Below, one piece after another: positions 42,776 to 53,096 of a stretch of 64,000 nt of DNA. The DNA is taken from positions 96,001-160,000 of the forward strand of contig CAWFKQ010000016.1 of NCBI GenBank assembly GCA_963816395.1, in the 5' to 3' direction. This DNA comes from an uncultured delta proteobacterium. Lineage in GTDB: Bacteria > Desulfobacterota > Desulfuromonadia > Desulfuromonadales > JACZKF01. Position 1 is the first letter of the stretch; the number at the start of each line of letters is the position of its first letter. The notes beneath the pieces were generated by a model. That model was not told the DNA's origin. It searched no databases and saw nothing but the letters and a program-made list of their open reading frames with translations. The position numbers were made by a program, and so were the translations under genes.

Positions 42776-43925
42776 TTGCCCCTGTACCGGGAAATCGTCA
42801 CCGACTGCCCCGCCCTTCTGCCCCGCCAGGCCCTGGTCCGGATGATCCGACTGGTGCGGCTCCTGTACCGGTTGAGCCGCCTGCCCGCCTATCGCCAGGC
42901 GGTCCTCTCCGGAAGCCCCCCGGCGGCGCAGTTCAATCCCGGCCACGACGCGGTCATGATGGGCTACGACTTCCACCTGGATGCCGCCGGCCGGCCGCGG
43001 CTGATCGAGGTCAATACCAATGCCGGGGGCGGGCTGCTCGCCTACCTGGCCCATCACCCCACTGCCGCCGTCGGGCGAGAGCGCCTGCCGGAGCGGCTGC
43101 GGCGCGACTTCCTGCAGGCCTTCGCGGAGGAGATGCAGGGTTTCAGCCGGGGCGCTTTGCCCCGGCCCGGTTCCATCCTCATCCTCGACGAGGAGCCGGA
43201 GCGGCAGTTTCTCTATCAGGAAATGGTCGTCTTCGAGGAGCTTTTCCGGGAGTGGGGGGCCGAGTCCGCGGATCGCCGACCCGGCTCAATTGCAGGCGGG
43301 GGAGGAAGGGGTGTTCGCGGCGGGGCGGCGGGTCGATTTGATCTACAACCGCCACTGCGACTTCTATCTCGAATCCCCGGCCATGGCCGGGATTCGCGCC
43401 GCCTATCTGGCAGGCAACCTCTGCCTCACCCCCAACCCCTTCGTCTACGGCCTGCTGGGCGACAAGCGCCGGCTGGTTCTCTGGAGCGACCCGCAGGCGC
43501 TGGCCGCCCTGGGCCTGGAGGCGGAGGATATCCGGGTGCTGACCGAGACGGTGCCGGAGAGCCATCTGCTCGGCGATCTCGACCGGGAAGCGGTCTGGAA
43601 GCAGCGGCAGCAATGGGTGTTCAAGCCGGTATCCCGCTTCGGCAGCCGGGGGGTGCTGCTCGGCCGCAAGATCTCCCGCACCCGTTTCGACGCCCTGCCC
43701 GCCGCCGAGACGCTGGTGCAGCGGGAAGTCCCCCCCTCGGAGACCGCCTGCCCCGACGGCCCGCCGCTGAAGACCGATTTCCGCCTCTACGTCTATCGCG
43801 CCGAGGTTCTCGGGGTGGCCGCCCGTCTCTACCAGGGGCAGGTCACCAACCTGCGCACCCGCGGCGGCGGTTTCGCCCCGGTGCGGATCGTCGGCAAAGA
43901 GGGAGATAGGGAGGTAGGGAGATAG
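42776..43925 (+). CDS. Uncharacterised ATP-grasp-like protein (glutathionylspermidine-synthase/circularly permuted type), frameshift near 43275
   Basis: MGYDFHL...LIEVNTNAGG, VDLIYNR, GDKRRL, WVFKPVSRFGSRGV, LVQRE, KTDFRLY, AARLYQG. Confidence 0.7.
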
Positions 43926-43961
43926 AAAAATCTCCCTTAAATTTCTAATAAGCAGGCCTGG

Positions 43962-44006
43962 AAAAAGACAAGGCGGACCGTGCCACGGTCCGCCTTGAGT
44001 TTTTTT
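43962..44006. terminator. Bidirectional terminator
   Basis: AAAAA...CAAGGCGGACCG-TGCCA-CGGTCCGCCTTG...TTTTTTT between convergent genes. Confidence 0.8.
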
Positions 44007-44699
44007 CCAGGGAAGCTCTTCCCCCAGATAGGTCAGGAAACGTCCCGAATCCTCCGGGGTGAGGGAGTCAAGCACCCGCCTGAGTTTCCCGGCGCTCTCC
44101 GCCGGGCTCAGGGCGGCGCTGGCGCCGCCCAGGTCGGTACGCACCCAGCCGGGGTGCAGGACGACGGCGATGATGCCGCGCGGGCGCAGGTCGACGGCCA
44201 GGCTCTTCATCGTCATGTGCAGGGCGGCCTTGGTCGAGCGGTAGATATAACGCCCGCCGGAGCGGTTGTCGCCGATGCTCCCCAGCTGCGTTCCCATGGC
44301 GGCGATCAGCTTGCGGCCGCCGGCCGCCACCTGGTCGGCGAAGGCCTGGGCCATCAGCAGCGGACCGACCGCATTGACCCGGAAAGCCTCCAGCCAGGGA
44401 TCCATTTCGACCTCGCCGAAGGCCTGCCGGCCGCCCGAGATGCCGGCATTGTTGAACAGGATGTCGATCGGCTGACCGCTCAGCTGCGCCTGCAGCTCGC
44501 GGATCTGCTCCGGCCGGGCGACGTCCAGCCGGTGCAGCGTCAGCCGCCCGGCCATCTCCCCGGCGATCGACATCAGTTCCGCCGCTTCCTCCGGCTTCCG
44601 GCAGCAGGCCAGCACCCGCCAGCCTCCGGCGGCATACTGGCGCGCCAGCTCCAGGCCGATACCCCGGTTGGCGCCGGTGATCAGGATCGTCTCCGCCAT
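44004..44699 (-). CDS. SDR oxidoreductase (CsgA/C-factor-like); stop codon apparently lost
   Basis: ITGANRGIG, NNAGI, YRSTKAAL, HPGWVRTDLGG, ...GEELPW; the ORF-track read-through past PW crosses the terminator. Confidence 0.88.
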
Positions 44700-44728
44700 G
44701 CGCTCCTCCTCCGGTTGTTCCGGAGCCC

Positions 44729-46048
44729 TCAGGGTGCGTGGGCGCCGGGAATATCCTTCCACTTGCTGGTGACGTTATCGGTGATCCAGTGCTGGTCCCA
44801 CCACTCCAGCGGCCACACCTGCAGCCCGGCAACCAGAACGCCGAAATGCAGGTGGTCGCCGCCGGCCATGCCGGTGGCGCCGGTATGGCCGATCGTCTCC
44901 CCTTTCTTGACCGTCTGGCCGGGTTTCACCTGAATCTGGCTCAGGTGCCCGTACAGGCTCTGGACGCCGAGGCCGTGGTCGATCACCACGCAGTTGCCGT
45001 AAATTCCCAGATAGTCCGCGAAGACCACCTGGCCGCTGTTGGCCGCCGGTACCGGCGACTGCGCCAGGGAGGCCAGGTCGATGCCGAGGTGGGTCTCGTG
45101 ATCCACCACCTGGCCATCATAGAGGTAGGTGCGGGCCTGGGCGAAATTCCCCCGCGTCGCCGCATTGGGCAGGCGCAGGAAAGCTCCCTGCCAGAGGGGG
45201 TGGGAAGCGGTCTGCTTGCCGATGTCGAGCAGTGACGCCACGTTCTGCCGGCGCAGCTGCTGGTTGACCTTGAGAAACAGCTGCAGCTGGTCGGTGGTAT
45301 CCGGGAAGGTGCCCTGAAACTCGGGCATTTTCGCCTCGAGGAACTGCCGGCTCACCGTGATCCGGTCCTTGGGGAAAGCGTGCGGGATGGCATGGTAATA
45401 GAAGCCCACCGTGCGCTCGTTGCCGGCCTTGTCGACGGCGATGACCCGGGGGGTGAAGTCGGCCGTCTTCATATCATAGGGAAAGGCGAAGAAACAAGCG
45501 AAGTAGTCGCCTTCCTGGCGATAACCGGGGAAGAACCGGTCGCCGATCTGGACGCCGGTTTTTTCCGGCTCCTCCGACACCGTGTAGATGACCAGCCCGG
45601 CCCCTCCCTGGTTGACGTTATGGGCTCTGCTCACCACCGCCACCGCCGGCGGTTTGCTGTCGTATTCGAAAGGGAACGATTTCTCGATGCGGTTGCCCCG
45701 GCCGAAAGAATAAATGGACCGATCGGTAGCCGTAATCCGCAATTCGGCTGGCCCGTCCTTGAGGCCGGCGCCCGCCAGGGAAAACTTCTCCTCCTGTGAA
45801 ACGATACCACTCGCATAATCCTTGTTCAGCAGTTCCTGTGATTTTTCTCCCTGCACGACGGTAACCTGCAGGGCCTTCAGGCCGGAACCGGGATCCTGCA
45901 GATCCAGGACAAGATCGCGCTTGGCCGAAACCGGCCCGGCGTCGGGATGCAGTCTGAGTTGGGGGGCGGTGGTGTCGCGCAGATAGTAGAAACCCCCTGC
46001 TCCCAGCAGGCAAACCAGAACAAGTACAAAAAATACCGACAGCTTCAC
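44729..46048 (-). CDS. M23-family metallopeptidase
   Basis: N-terminal TM, HLGIDLA, YGHLS, GDHLHFG. Confidence 0.92.
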   Translation of the reverse strand: MKLSVFFVLVLVCLLGAGGFYYLRDTTAPQLRLHPDAGPVSAKRDLVLDLQDPGSGLKALQVTVVQGEKSQELLNKDYASGIVSQEEKFSLAGAGLKDGPAELRITATDRSIYSFGRGNRIEKSFPFEYDSKPPAVAVVSRAHNVNQGGAGLVIYTVSEEPEKTGVQIGDRFFPGYRQEGDYFACFFAFPYDMKTADFTPRVIAVDKAGNERTVGFYYHAIPHAFPKDRITVSRQFLEAKMPEFQGTFPDTTDQLQLFLKVNQQLRRQNVASLLDIGKQTASHPLWQGAFLRLPNAATRGNFAQARTYLYDGQVVDHETHLGIDLASLAQSPVPAANSGQVVFADYLGIYGNCVVIDHGLGVQSLYGHLSQIQVKPGQTVKKGETIGHTGATGMAGGDHLHFGVLVAGLQVWPLEWWDQHWITDNVTSKWKDIPGAHAP

Positions 46049-46334
46049 AATCTCTCCTCTCGTCGATCAGGTGGCAATGAACAGCATCCGGAGCCGTTCT
46101 CCGGAAGGGGAATAATTTGCCGCGGGCGGCTTGCGGTTTTCACCGGCCTATGTTAAATATTTCCTAACTTTAATTTTTAGGAACAAATTAAATATATCTA
46201 AATATAATGATAACTTCGAAAAAACCGAAGTATACACCCGCCTGCCCCTGGTCGACAAGACCCGTCCGGCAAAGAATAACAGAGAAGCCAGTCAGCAGAG
46301 CGGAGGTAATTATCCGCCCATTGCGAGGTAACCG

Positions 46335-47102
46335 GTGAAAGTAGCGATCCTGGCGGGAGGTGTCGGCTCCCGGCTGTCCGAAGAGACCCAAGCGAAGCCA
46401 AAACCGATGGTGGAGATCGGCGGCAAGCCGATCCTCTGGCACATTATGAAGCATTATTCGCGCTTCGGCTTCCGGGAGTTCGTCATCGCTCTCGGCTATA
46501 AGGGGGAGGCGATCAAGAGATTCATGGTCGACTACTGTGCCCTGAACAGCAATCTGACGGTCAATCTCGGCAACGGCCGGATTCAAATGCACGAGGGGGA
46601 GCGGGTCGAGTGGCAGGTCGATCTCATCGACACCGGCCTGCATACTGCCACCGGGGGCCGCATCAAGCGCCTGGCTCCCTATCTGGGAGAGGAGACCTTC
46701 ATGCTGACCTGGGGGGACGGAGTATCGGACATCGACCTGCACGCCCTTCTGGCCTTTCACCGGGCGCACGGCCGCCAGGCAACCATGACAGCGGTGCGCC
46801 CGCCGGCGCGGTTCGGCCACCTGCAACTGGACGGGGCGCGGGTGGCGGAATTTTCCGAAAAACCGCAGACCGCCGAGGGATGGATCAACGGCGCCTTTTT
46901 CGTTCTCGAGCCGCAGGTCTTCGATTACATCGAAGGCGACCATACCCCCTGGGAAAAAGAGCCCCTGGAGAATCTGGCCCGCAGCGGCCAACTCATGGCC
47001 TATCAGCACGATTCTTTCTGGCAGTGCATGGACACCCTGCGGGACAAAATGCTCCTGGAAAAGATGTGGCAGGACGGGCGCGCGCCTTGGAAAACCTGGT
47101 AG
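46335..47102 (+). CDS. rfbF: Glucose-1-phosphate cytidylyltransferase
   Basis: ILAGGVGSRLSEET, KPKPMVEIG, TGGRIKR, FWQCMDTLRD, APWKTW. Confidence 0.95.
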   Translation: MKVAILAGGVGSRLSEETQAKPKPMVEIGGKPILWHIMKHYSRFGFREFVIALGYKGEAIKRFMVDYCALNSNLTVNLGNGRIQMHEGERVEWQVDLIDTGLHTATGGRIKRLAPYLGEETFMLTWGDGVSDIDLHALLAFHRAHGRQATMTAVRPPARFGHLQLDGARVAEFSEKPQTAEGWINGAFFVLEPQVFDYIEGDHTPWEKEPLENLARSGQLMAYQHDSFWQCMDTLRDKMLLEKMWQDGRAPWKTW

Positions 47103-47153
47103 CCAAGCCGGCGGGCCGATGGCGCACACCTCTAATCGACAAGGGATGAAACG

Positions 47154-48326
47154 ATGGCAGACCCAGGCTTCCCAACCCGCAATGAACAGCTGTTTCGCGC
47201 GCCGCTGCCGGAGATCCGCAGGCGCAACAGCGAACTCAACCACCGGGAATATCTGGGACAGGAGACGGCGCTGCTGTCCTTTCCCCGGCGCCTGGTCTTC
47301 GAGCTGACCAACCGGTGCAATTTCCGCTGCATCATGTGCGGCCGCGAGGCAGTCGATTTCCCCGCCTGCGACCTGCCGTTTTCACTTCTGCAGCAGTTTG
47401 CCCCCTGTTTCGAGACGGCCGAGGAAGTCACCCTGCACGGCTGGGGCGAAGGAACGCTGCACCCGCAATTTGCCGACATACTGGCCTACCTGGACACCTT
47501 TGCCGGCCTGCGCAAGTATTTCGTCACCAACGGCAGCACCCTGGAGCAGCTTGCCGAGCCGATTTTCCGCCACCACGTCGACCTGGTGGCTCTTTCCCTG
47601 GACGGCGCCAGCGCTGCCACCAACGACGCCATCCGGCGCAACGGCAGCTTTGCAGGGCAGGTCGGTGCCCTGCGCAGTCTGCTGCAGAAAAAACGCGAGC
47701 GGGGTCTTGACCATCCTTACATCAACCTGGTCTTTACCGCCATGCGGCGGAACCTGCATGAGCTGCCGGAACTGATCGAACTGGCGTACCAGCTCGGACT
47801 GCCGGAAGTCAAGGTCGTCTACCTGACCATTTTTTCCCCGGAGCTGCTCGATGAGACGCTCCTCGACCGCCAGGAAGAGATCGGCGAGGTATTCGCCGAG
47901 GCATCGCGCCGGGCCGAGCACCGGGCGATCAAGCTGAAGCTGCCGGAAATCCAGGGGCGGGGAGAGGCCGGCATTCGCCGGCACCGCCCCTGTCCGCTGG
48001 CCTGGCGGGATCTCTTCGTCGGCAGCGACGGCTGTCTGCGCCCCTGCCAGTCCTCCTCCCTGCAATTGGGGCGGGTCGGCACCTGGAGCGACTTTCGCGA
48101 GCTGTGGAATTCCCCGGCCCTGCAGGATTTCCGCCGCCGGGTCAACGATGAGGAGCGGCTGCCCGCCAGCTGCCGCGATTGCTATCACAGCAGCTGCGCC
48201 AATTACAACCTGCCCGGCAGCTTCATCCAGTTGCGGCAGGCGTTCGCCCCGGCCTGGAGCCCGCCCGGACGCGCGGAGGGCGCCCTGCCGCCGGCGGTCG
48301 ACGCCGCCTATTCGGGAGTCCTATGA
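47154..48326 (+). CDS. Radical SAM protein with SPASM/twitch C-terminus
   Basis: ELTNRCNFRCIMC, HGWGEG, VTNG, SLDGA; CPLAW...DGCLRPC...WNS...CRDC. Confidence 0.92.
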   Translation: MADPGFPTRNEQLFRAPLPEIRRRNSELNHREYLGQETALLSFPRRLVFELTNRCNFRCIMCGREAVDFPACDLPFSLLQQFAPCFETAEEVTLHGWGEGTLHPQFADILAYLDTFAGLRKYFVTNGSTLEQLAEPIFRHHVDLVALSLDGASAATNDAIRRNGSFAGQVGALRSLLQKKRERGLDHPYINLVFTAMRRNLHELPELIELAYQLGLPEVKVVYLTIFSPELLDETLLDRQEEIGEVFAEASRRAEHRAIKLKLPEIQGRGEAGIRRHRPCPLAWRDLFVGSDGCLRPCQSSSLQLGRVGTWSDFRELWNSPALQDFRRRVNDEERLPASCRDCYHSSCANYNLPGSFIQLRQAFAPAWSPPGRAEGALPPAVDAAYSGVL

Positions 48327-49590
48327 AGCCGCTGCAGGAAACCGTCATGGATATCTCCGCCTTCCCCTGCCGTTCCTGCCGGGAAACCGGCCTGGAGCTG
48401 ATTCTTGATCTTGGCCGCACCCCCCTGGCCGATCGTCTGCTGACGATGGAGCAGGTTGGGGGGGAAGAGCCGGTATTCCCCCTGCAGGTGGCATTCTGTC
48501 CGCATTGCAGTCTGCTGCAGTTGCTGCATACGGTGCCGCCGGAGGTGCTCTTCTGCCAGGATTACCCCTATTTCTCCTCCTTTTCCGATGACCTGCTGGC
48601 CCACTCGCGGGAGAACGTGGCGGCGCTAGATCAGGAAGCGGCGGCTGGATGCCGGCAGCCTGGTCATCGAACTGGCCAGCAATGACGGCTACCTGCTGCG
48701 CAACTACGCCGCCAGCGGCATCCCCTGCCTGGGGATCGACCCGGCGGAGGGGCCGGCCCGGGCCGCCGCCGAAGTAGGGGTGCCCACCCTCACCCGCTTC
48801 TTCACCCGGGAGCTGGCCGAAGAGTTGCGACGGGAGGGCAGCCGGGCGGACGTCATTCACGCCAACAACGTACTGGCGCATGTCGCCGACACCAACGGCT
48901 GCGTCGCCGGCATCGCCCGGCTGCTCAAGGCCGACGGGGTCGCGGTCATCGAAGTCCCTTACGTGCGCGATCTGATCGACCGCTGCGAGTTCGACACCAT
49001 CTACCATGAACATCTCTGCTATTTCTCGGTGTCCGCCCTGGCGCAGCTTTTCCGCCGGCACGGCCTGTTCCTGCAGAAGGTGAGCCATCTGCCGATCCAC
49101 GGCGGTTCTCTGCGGCTGCAGGCCGGCCTGCGGGAAGCCGAGGACGGATCGGTGAGCGCCTTCCTTGCGGAGGAGAGGGCTTGCGGTCTCCACCGATGCC
49201 GCCTATTATCGCGATTTCGCCGGGCGGGTCGTTCGGTTGAAGGAGGAGCTGCTGGCGCTGCTGAAGAAGCTCAAGGGGGAAGGGCGGCGCCTCTGTGCCT
49301 ACGGCGCCGCCGCCAAGGGAAGCACATTGATCAACACCGTGGGGATCGGCCGGGGGCTGATCGACTACGTGGTCGACCGCAACATCCACAAACAGGAGCG
49401 CTTCATGCCCGGGCAGCACCTGCCGATATACGAGCCGGCACGGCTGCTGCGGGATCGCCCGGATTACGTTCTGCTCCTCGCCTGGAATTTCCGCCGGGAG
49501 ATCCTCAGCCAGCAGCAGGCCTACCTGGAGGCCGGCGGGAAATTCATCATTCCGGTTCCGCAGCCGGAGATTGTCTGGACCTTGCCATGA
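48323..49590 (+). CDS. NDP-sugar C-methyltransferase 1, frameshifts near 48630 and 49195
   Basis: CRSC...CPHC Zn site, [37 protein letters not shown] overlap with the radical SAM stop. Confidence 0.88.
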
Positions 49591-50834
49591 CCATGCCCTG
49601 CCTGGACAGCACCTCGGCAGCAAACGGCTCCTGCGCCGGGGCGGCTCGGGTGGGGCAGGCCGCCCCCCGCTTCTGCCGGGCCTGCGGTGGGCGGCGGAGC
49701 AAGATCTTCTTTGACGCGCCGAACGTCCCTTCGAACAGCTGTCTGCTCATCCCCTCCCGCGAGGAGGCCCTGGCCTGCCGCCGGGGCAGGATCGCCCTTG
49801 TCGGCTGCCCCAGTTGCGGCTTCATCTTCAATGCCGCTTTCGATCCCCGGCTGACCGAGTATTCCCCGCGCTATGAGGAAACCCAGGGGTTTTCCCAAAC
49901 CTTCAATGCCTTTCAGGACGCCCTGGCGGCAGAACTGGTCGAGCGCCATCACCTGCATGGCAAGACCGTGGTCGAGATCGGCTGCGGCAAGGGGGAGTTC
50001 CTGGCCCGTCTGTGCGAGCTCGGCGGCAGCCGCGGCATCGGCTTCGATCCCGCCTTCGTCGGCGGCCGCCAGCGCCCAACCGCCCACCTGCAGGTGATAC
50101 GCGATTTCTATTCGGAGAAGTATGCCCACCTCAGCGGCGACTTCATCTGCTGCAAGATGACCCTGGAGCATATCCCCGAACCGTGCCGTCTGCTGCGCAC
50201 CATCCGCCAGGCCCTGGGCCGTCGGCCGTCGGCCGTCGTCTTCTTTCAGGTGCCGGATGTCACCCGCATCCTGCGCGACTGCGCCCTGGAGGATGTCTAC
50301 CATGAGCATTGCTCCTATTTCAGCGCCGGCTCCCTTGGCCGGCTGTTTCGCCGCTGCGGATTCGAAATTCTCTCCCTGCGCCGCGTCTACGGCGACCAGT
50401 ATCTCACCCTGGAAGCCAGGCCGGCCGCTGGCGGCGAGGCCGCCGCTTTCGACGTCGAAGACGACCGGCAGCAGTTGCAGCAGTGGGCCGCCGCTTTTGC
50501 CGGCGGCCACCGGCAGAAAACCGGAGACTGGCGTCGGCGCCTGGCCGCCTGGCGGGCTGCCGGCCGCCCGGCCGTGCTCTGGGGCTCCGGTTCCAAGGGG
50601 GTGGCTTTCCTCACCGCCGTCGGCCTGACGCCGGCCGAGCTTCCCTACGTGGTGGACATCAATCCGCACCGGCAGGGATATTACATGGCCGGGACCGGGC
50701 AACGGATCGTCTCCCCCGCCTTCCTGCGGGAGCAGCCGCCGGCGGCGGTAATCGTCATGAATCCCGTGTACCGCCAGGAGATCGGCCGGGACCTGCAAGC
50801 CCTGGGACTGGCGCCAGAGCTGTGGACGCCGTGA
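49587..50834 (+). CDS. NDP-sugar C-methyltransferase-like protein 2
   Basis: CRAC...[35 protein letters not shown] overlap. Confidence 0.85.
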   Translation: MTMPCLDSTSAANGSCAGAARVGQAAPRFCRACGGRRSKIFFDAPNVPSNSCLLIPSREEALACRRGRIALVGCPSCGFIFNAAFDPRLTEYSPRYEETQGFSQTFNAFQDALAAELVERHHLHGKTVVEIGCGKGEFLARLCELGGSRGIGFDPAFVGGRQRPTAHLQVIRDFYSEKYAHLSGDFICCKMTLEHIPEPCRLLRTIRQALGRRPSAVVFFQVPDVTRILRDCALEDVYHEHCSYFSAGSLGRLFRRCGFEILSLRRVYGDQYLTLEARPAAGGEAAAFDVEDDRQQLQQWAAAFAGGHRQKTGDWRRRLAAWRAAGRPAVLWGSGSKGVAFLTAVGLTPAELPYVVDINPHRQGYYMAGTGQRIVSPAFLREQPPAAVIVMNPVYRQEIGRDLQALGLAPELWTP

Positions 50835-52032
50835 CTACCCGGGCGGCCATCTTCCTCCGTCGGGGGAGCGCTCCGGCCAGATCCTCTGCCCGGCCTGCGG
50901 CTCGCCCCGGGCATCGGTTTTTCTCGAGCTCGCCGCGCTCCCGGTCCACTGCAATCGCCTCTGGTCGACCCGGATGGCGGCGCTGGCGGCGCCGCGTGGG
51001 GATCTGCGGCTGGCGACCTGCCAAATCTGCGATCATGTCTTCAACACCGCCTTCCAGGCGCAGCGTATGGAATACGGCGGCGCCTATGAAAACTCTCTTC
51101 AGCATTCGCCTCACTTTCGAAATTACGCCCGGAATCTGGCCGGCTATCTGCTGGAAACCTACGACCTGCGCGGCAAGATGGTACTGGAGATCGGCTGCGG
51201 GCAGGGGGATTTCCTGTCCCTTCTCTGCAGCCTGGGAAAATGCCGGGGGGTCGGTTTCGATCCCGCCTATGATCCGGGTCGCAGCCGTCAGGAAAAACCG
51301 GCGCAGGTCGGATTCGTCCGGGATTTCTATTCTTCGGCGAGGATCGACAGCCCTGTCGATTTTGTCTGTTGCCGGCAGGTCCTGGAGCACCTGGCCGATC
51401 CCGTCGGCTTTCTGCAGGAGGTGCGCGCTTCCCTCGGCGACCAGCCGGTCCCGGTCTTTTTCGAAGTGCCTAATGCCCTCTACACTTTCCGCCGGCATGG
51501 GGTCTGGGACCTCATCTATGAGCATCCCTCCTTTTTCGGAGCGCATTCCCTGAGCCGCCTCTTCACCGGGGCCGGTTTCCGCCTGCGGAAGGTGCGTGAA
51601 GCCTTTGCCGGCCAGTATCTGTGGCTGGAAGCGGTCGCCGCCAACGATGAGCCCGCCTGCCCCCCGCCGGCGATACCTGCCGTGGGGGTTGAGCGCTTCC
51701 GCGAAGAACTGGCCGGCCGCCTGGCTTTCTGGCGGCGCCGCCTGACTGCTCTGCATGCCAAGGGAGAGCGTCTGGTGATCTGGGGAGCCGGCTCCAAGGG
51801 GGTCACCTTTCTCAACCTCCTGGAGGTCGGAGATGAAATTCCCCGGGCGGTCGATATCAACCCGAACAAACAGGGCAACTTTCTGCCGGGAACGGGTCAG
51901 CCGATCGTCGCCCCGGAGGATCTGGTGGACCAACCCCCTGACCGGGTGCTGGTCATGAATTCCGTTTACAGCCAGGAAATCGCCCGGCGGCTACACCGCC
52001 TCGGACTGTCGCCGGCCCTTGAGCCGGTCTAG
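50831..52032 (+). CDS. NDP-sugar C-methyltransferase-like protein 3, probable N-terminal frameshift
   Basis: GTGA overlap; CPACG (in frame from 50881)...CQIC, EIGCGQG, VLEH, IYEH, WGAGSKG, VDINP. Confidence 0.85.
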
Positions 52033-52048
52033 CCACGGAAGGGGAACC

Positions 52049-53029
52049 ATGCCGGCCATCACCATCGGCTTGCCGGTCTTCAATGGGGAAAACTATCTCC
52101 GGGAAGCGCTGGATTCTCTCCTGGCCCAGACCTGGACGGATTTCGAGCTGATCTTGTGCGACAATGGCTCTACCGATGCCACAGAGAGGATCTGCCGCGC
52201 TTATGCCGCGCTGGATTCCCGCCTCAAGTACTTCCGCAATCGTCGGAACATCGGCGCGGCCGCAAATTTCAATCTGGCCGTGCGCCTGGCGACCGCCCCC
52301 TATTTCAAATGGATGGCGCATGACGACCGCCTGCACCCTGAATTTCTCGCTGTCTGCCTGCAGGCCCTGGAAAAAAATCCGGCAGCCGTTCTGGCCTGTT
52401 CGGCGGTGGGTAAGATCGATGCCCAGGGTCGGCCCGCCGGCGACTATCGTTTTCCCATGCGGCTGGCGGATGTGCAGCCGCACCGTCGGTTCGCGGATAT
52501 CATCCAGGTTCGGCACCCCTGTACGCTGGTATTTGGCCTGATCCGGCGCCGGATTCTGGAACAGACGCCGCTGATCGCCCCGTTCACCGGTTCCGATCGC
52601 TGTCTGCTCGCGGAGCTCTCTCTTTATGGCCCCTTCGTGGAAGTTCCAGGTGAGCTGTTCCAGCGACGCGACCATCCGGGCAATTCCTGCCATGTATACG
52701 AAGATCCCCGGCAGCGCAATCTCTGGTTCGACCCCCGGCGGCGGGGGGGAATTTATTTGCCGGAGTGGCGGATCGTCCTGGAGTACCGGCGTCGGGTGCG
52801 GCGTTCACCCCTGCCACGTGGGGAGAAATGGCGCTGCTACCGGCAGATCGAAAGGGTCGCCCGGCAACGCCGGCAGCATCTGCTGCTGGATCTGCTGCTG
52901 GCAGGGCGCGACCTGCTGCAGGGAAATCCCCTGGGTCAGCAGATGGTTACGTTCTGCAAACGGCAGATGCATCGGGCTGGAATCGATCCCTATGCCCTGG
53001 GAAAACGGCAGGATTCAAAAAACAGGTAG
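52049..53029 (+). CDS. Glycosyltransferase family 2
   Basis: GLPVFNGE, CDNGSTD, NIGAAANFN, WMAHDD. Confidence 0.92.
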   Translation: MPAITIGLPVFNGENYLREALDSLLAQTWTDFELILCDNGSTDATERICRAYAALDSRLKYFRNRRNIGAAANFNLAVRLATAPYFKWMAHDDRLHPEFLAVCLQALEKNPAAVLACSAVGKIDAQGRPAGDYRFPMRLADVQPHRRFADIIQVRHPCTLVFGLIRRRILEQTPLIAPFTGSDRCLLAELSLYGPFVEVPGELFQRRDHPGNSCHVYEDPRQRNLWFDPRRRGGIYLPEWRIVLEYRRRVRRSPLPRGEKWRCYRQIERVARQRRQHLLLDLLLAGRDLLQGNPLGQQMVTFCKRQMHRAGIDPYALGKRQDSKNR

Positions 53030-53096
53030 GCGGAAACAGGACTCACTGGGCGCCGGCGCGGACCTCGACGGCGGTGGGTGTCTGGCGGATCGATGA

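Noticed and set aside
43179..44762. 527-aa extended SDR
   Set aside because: The family-typical end ...LPW at about 44007 is followed by a terminator; the extension is antisense to another gene.
48780..50834. 684-aa fused double methyltransferase in the ORF track
   Set aside because: Artefact of the frameshift near 49195; the first gene ends at 49590 and overlaps the second start (ATGA).
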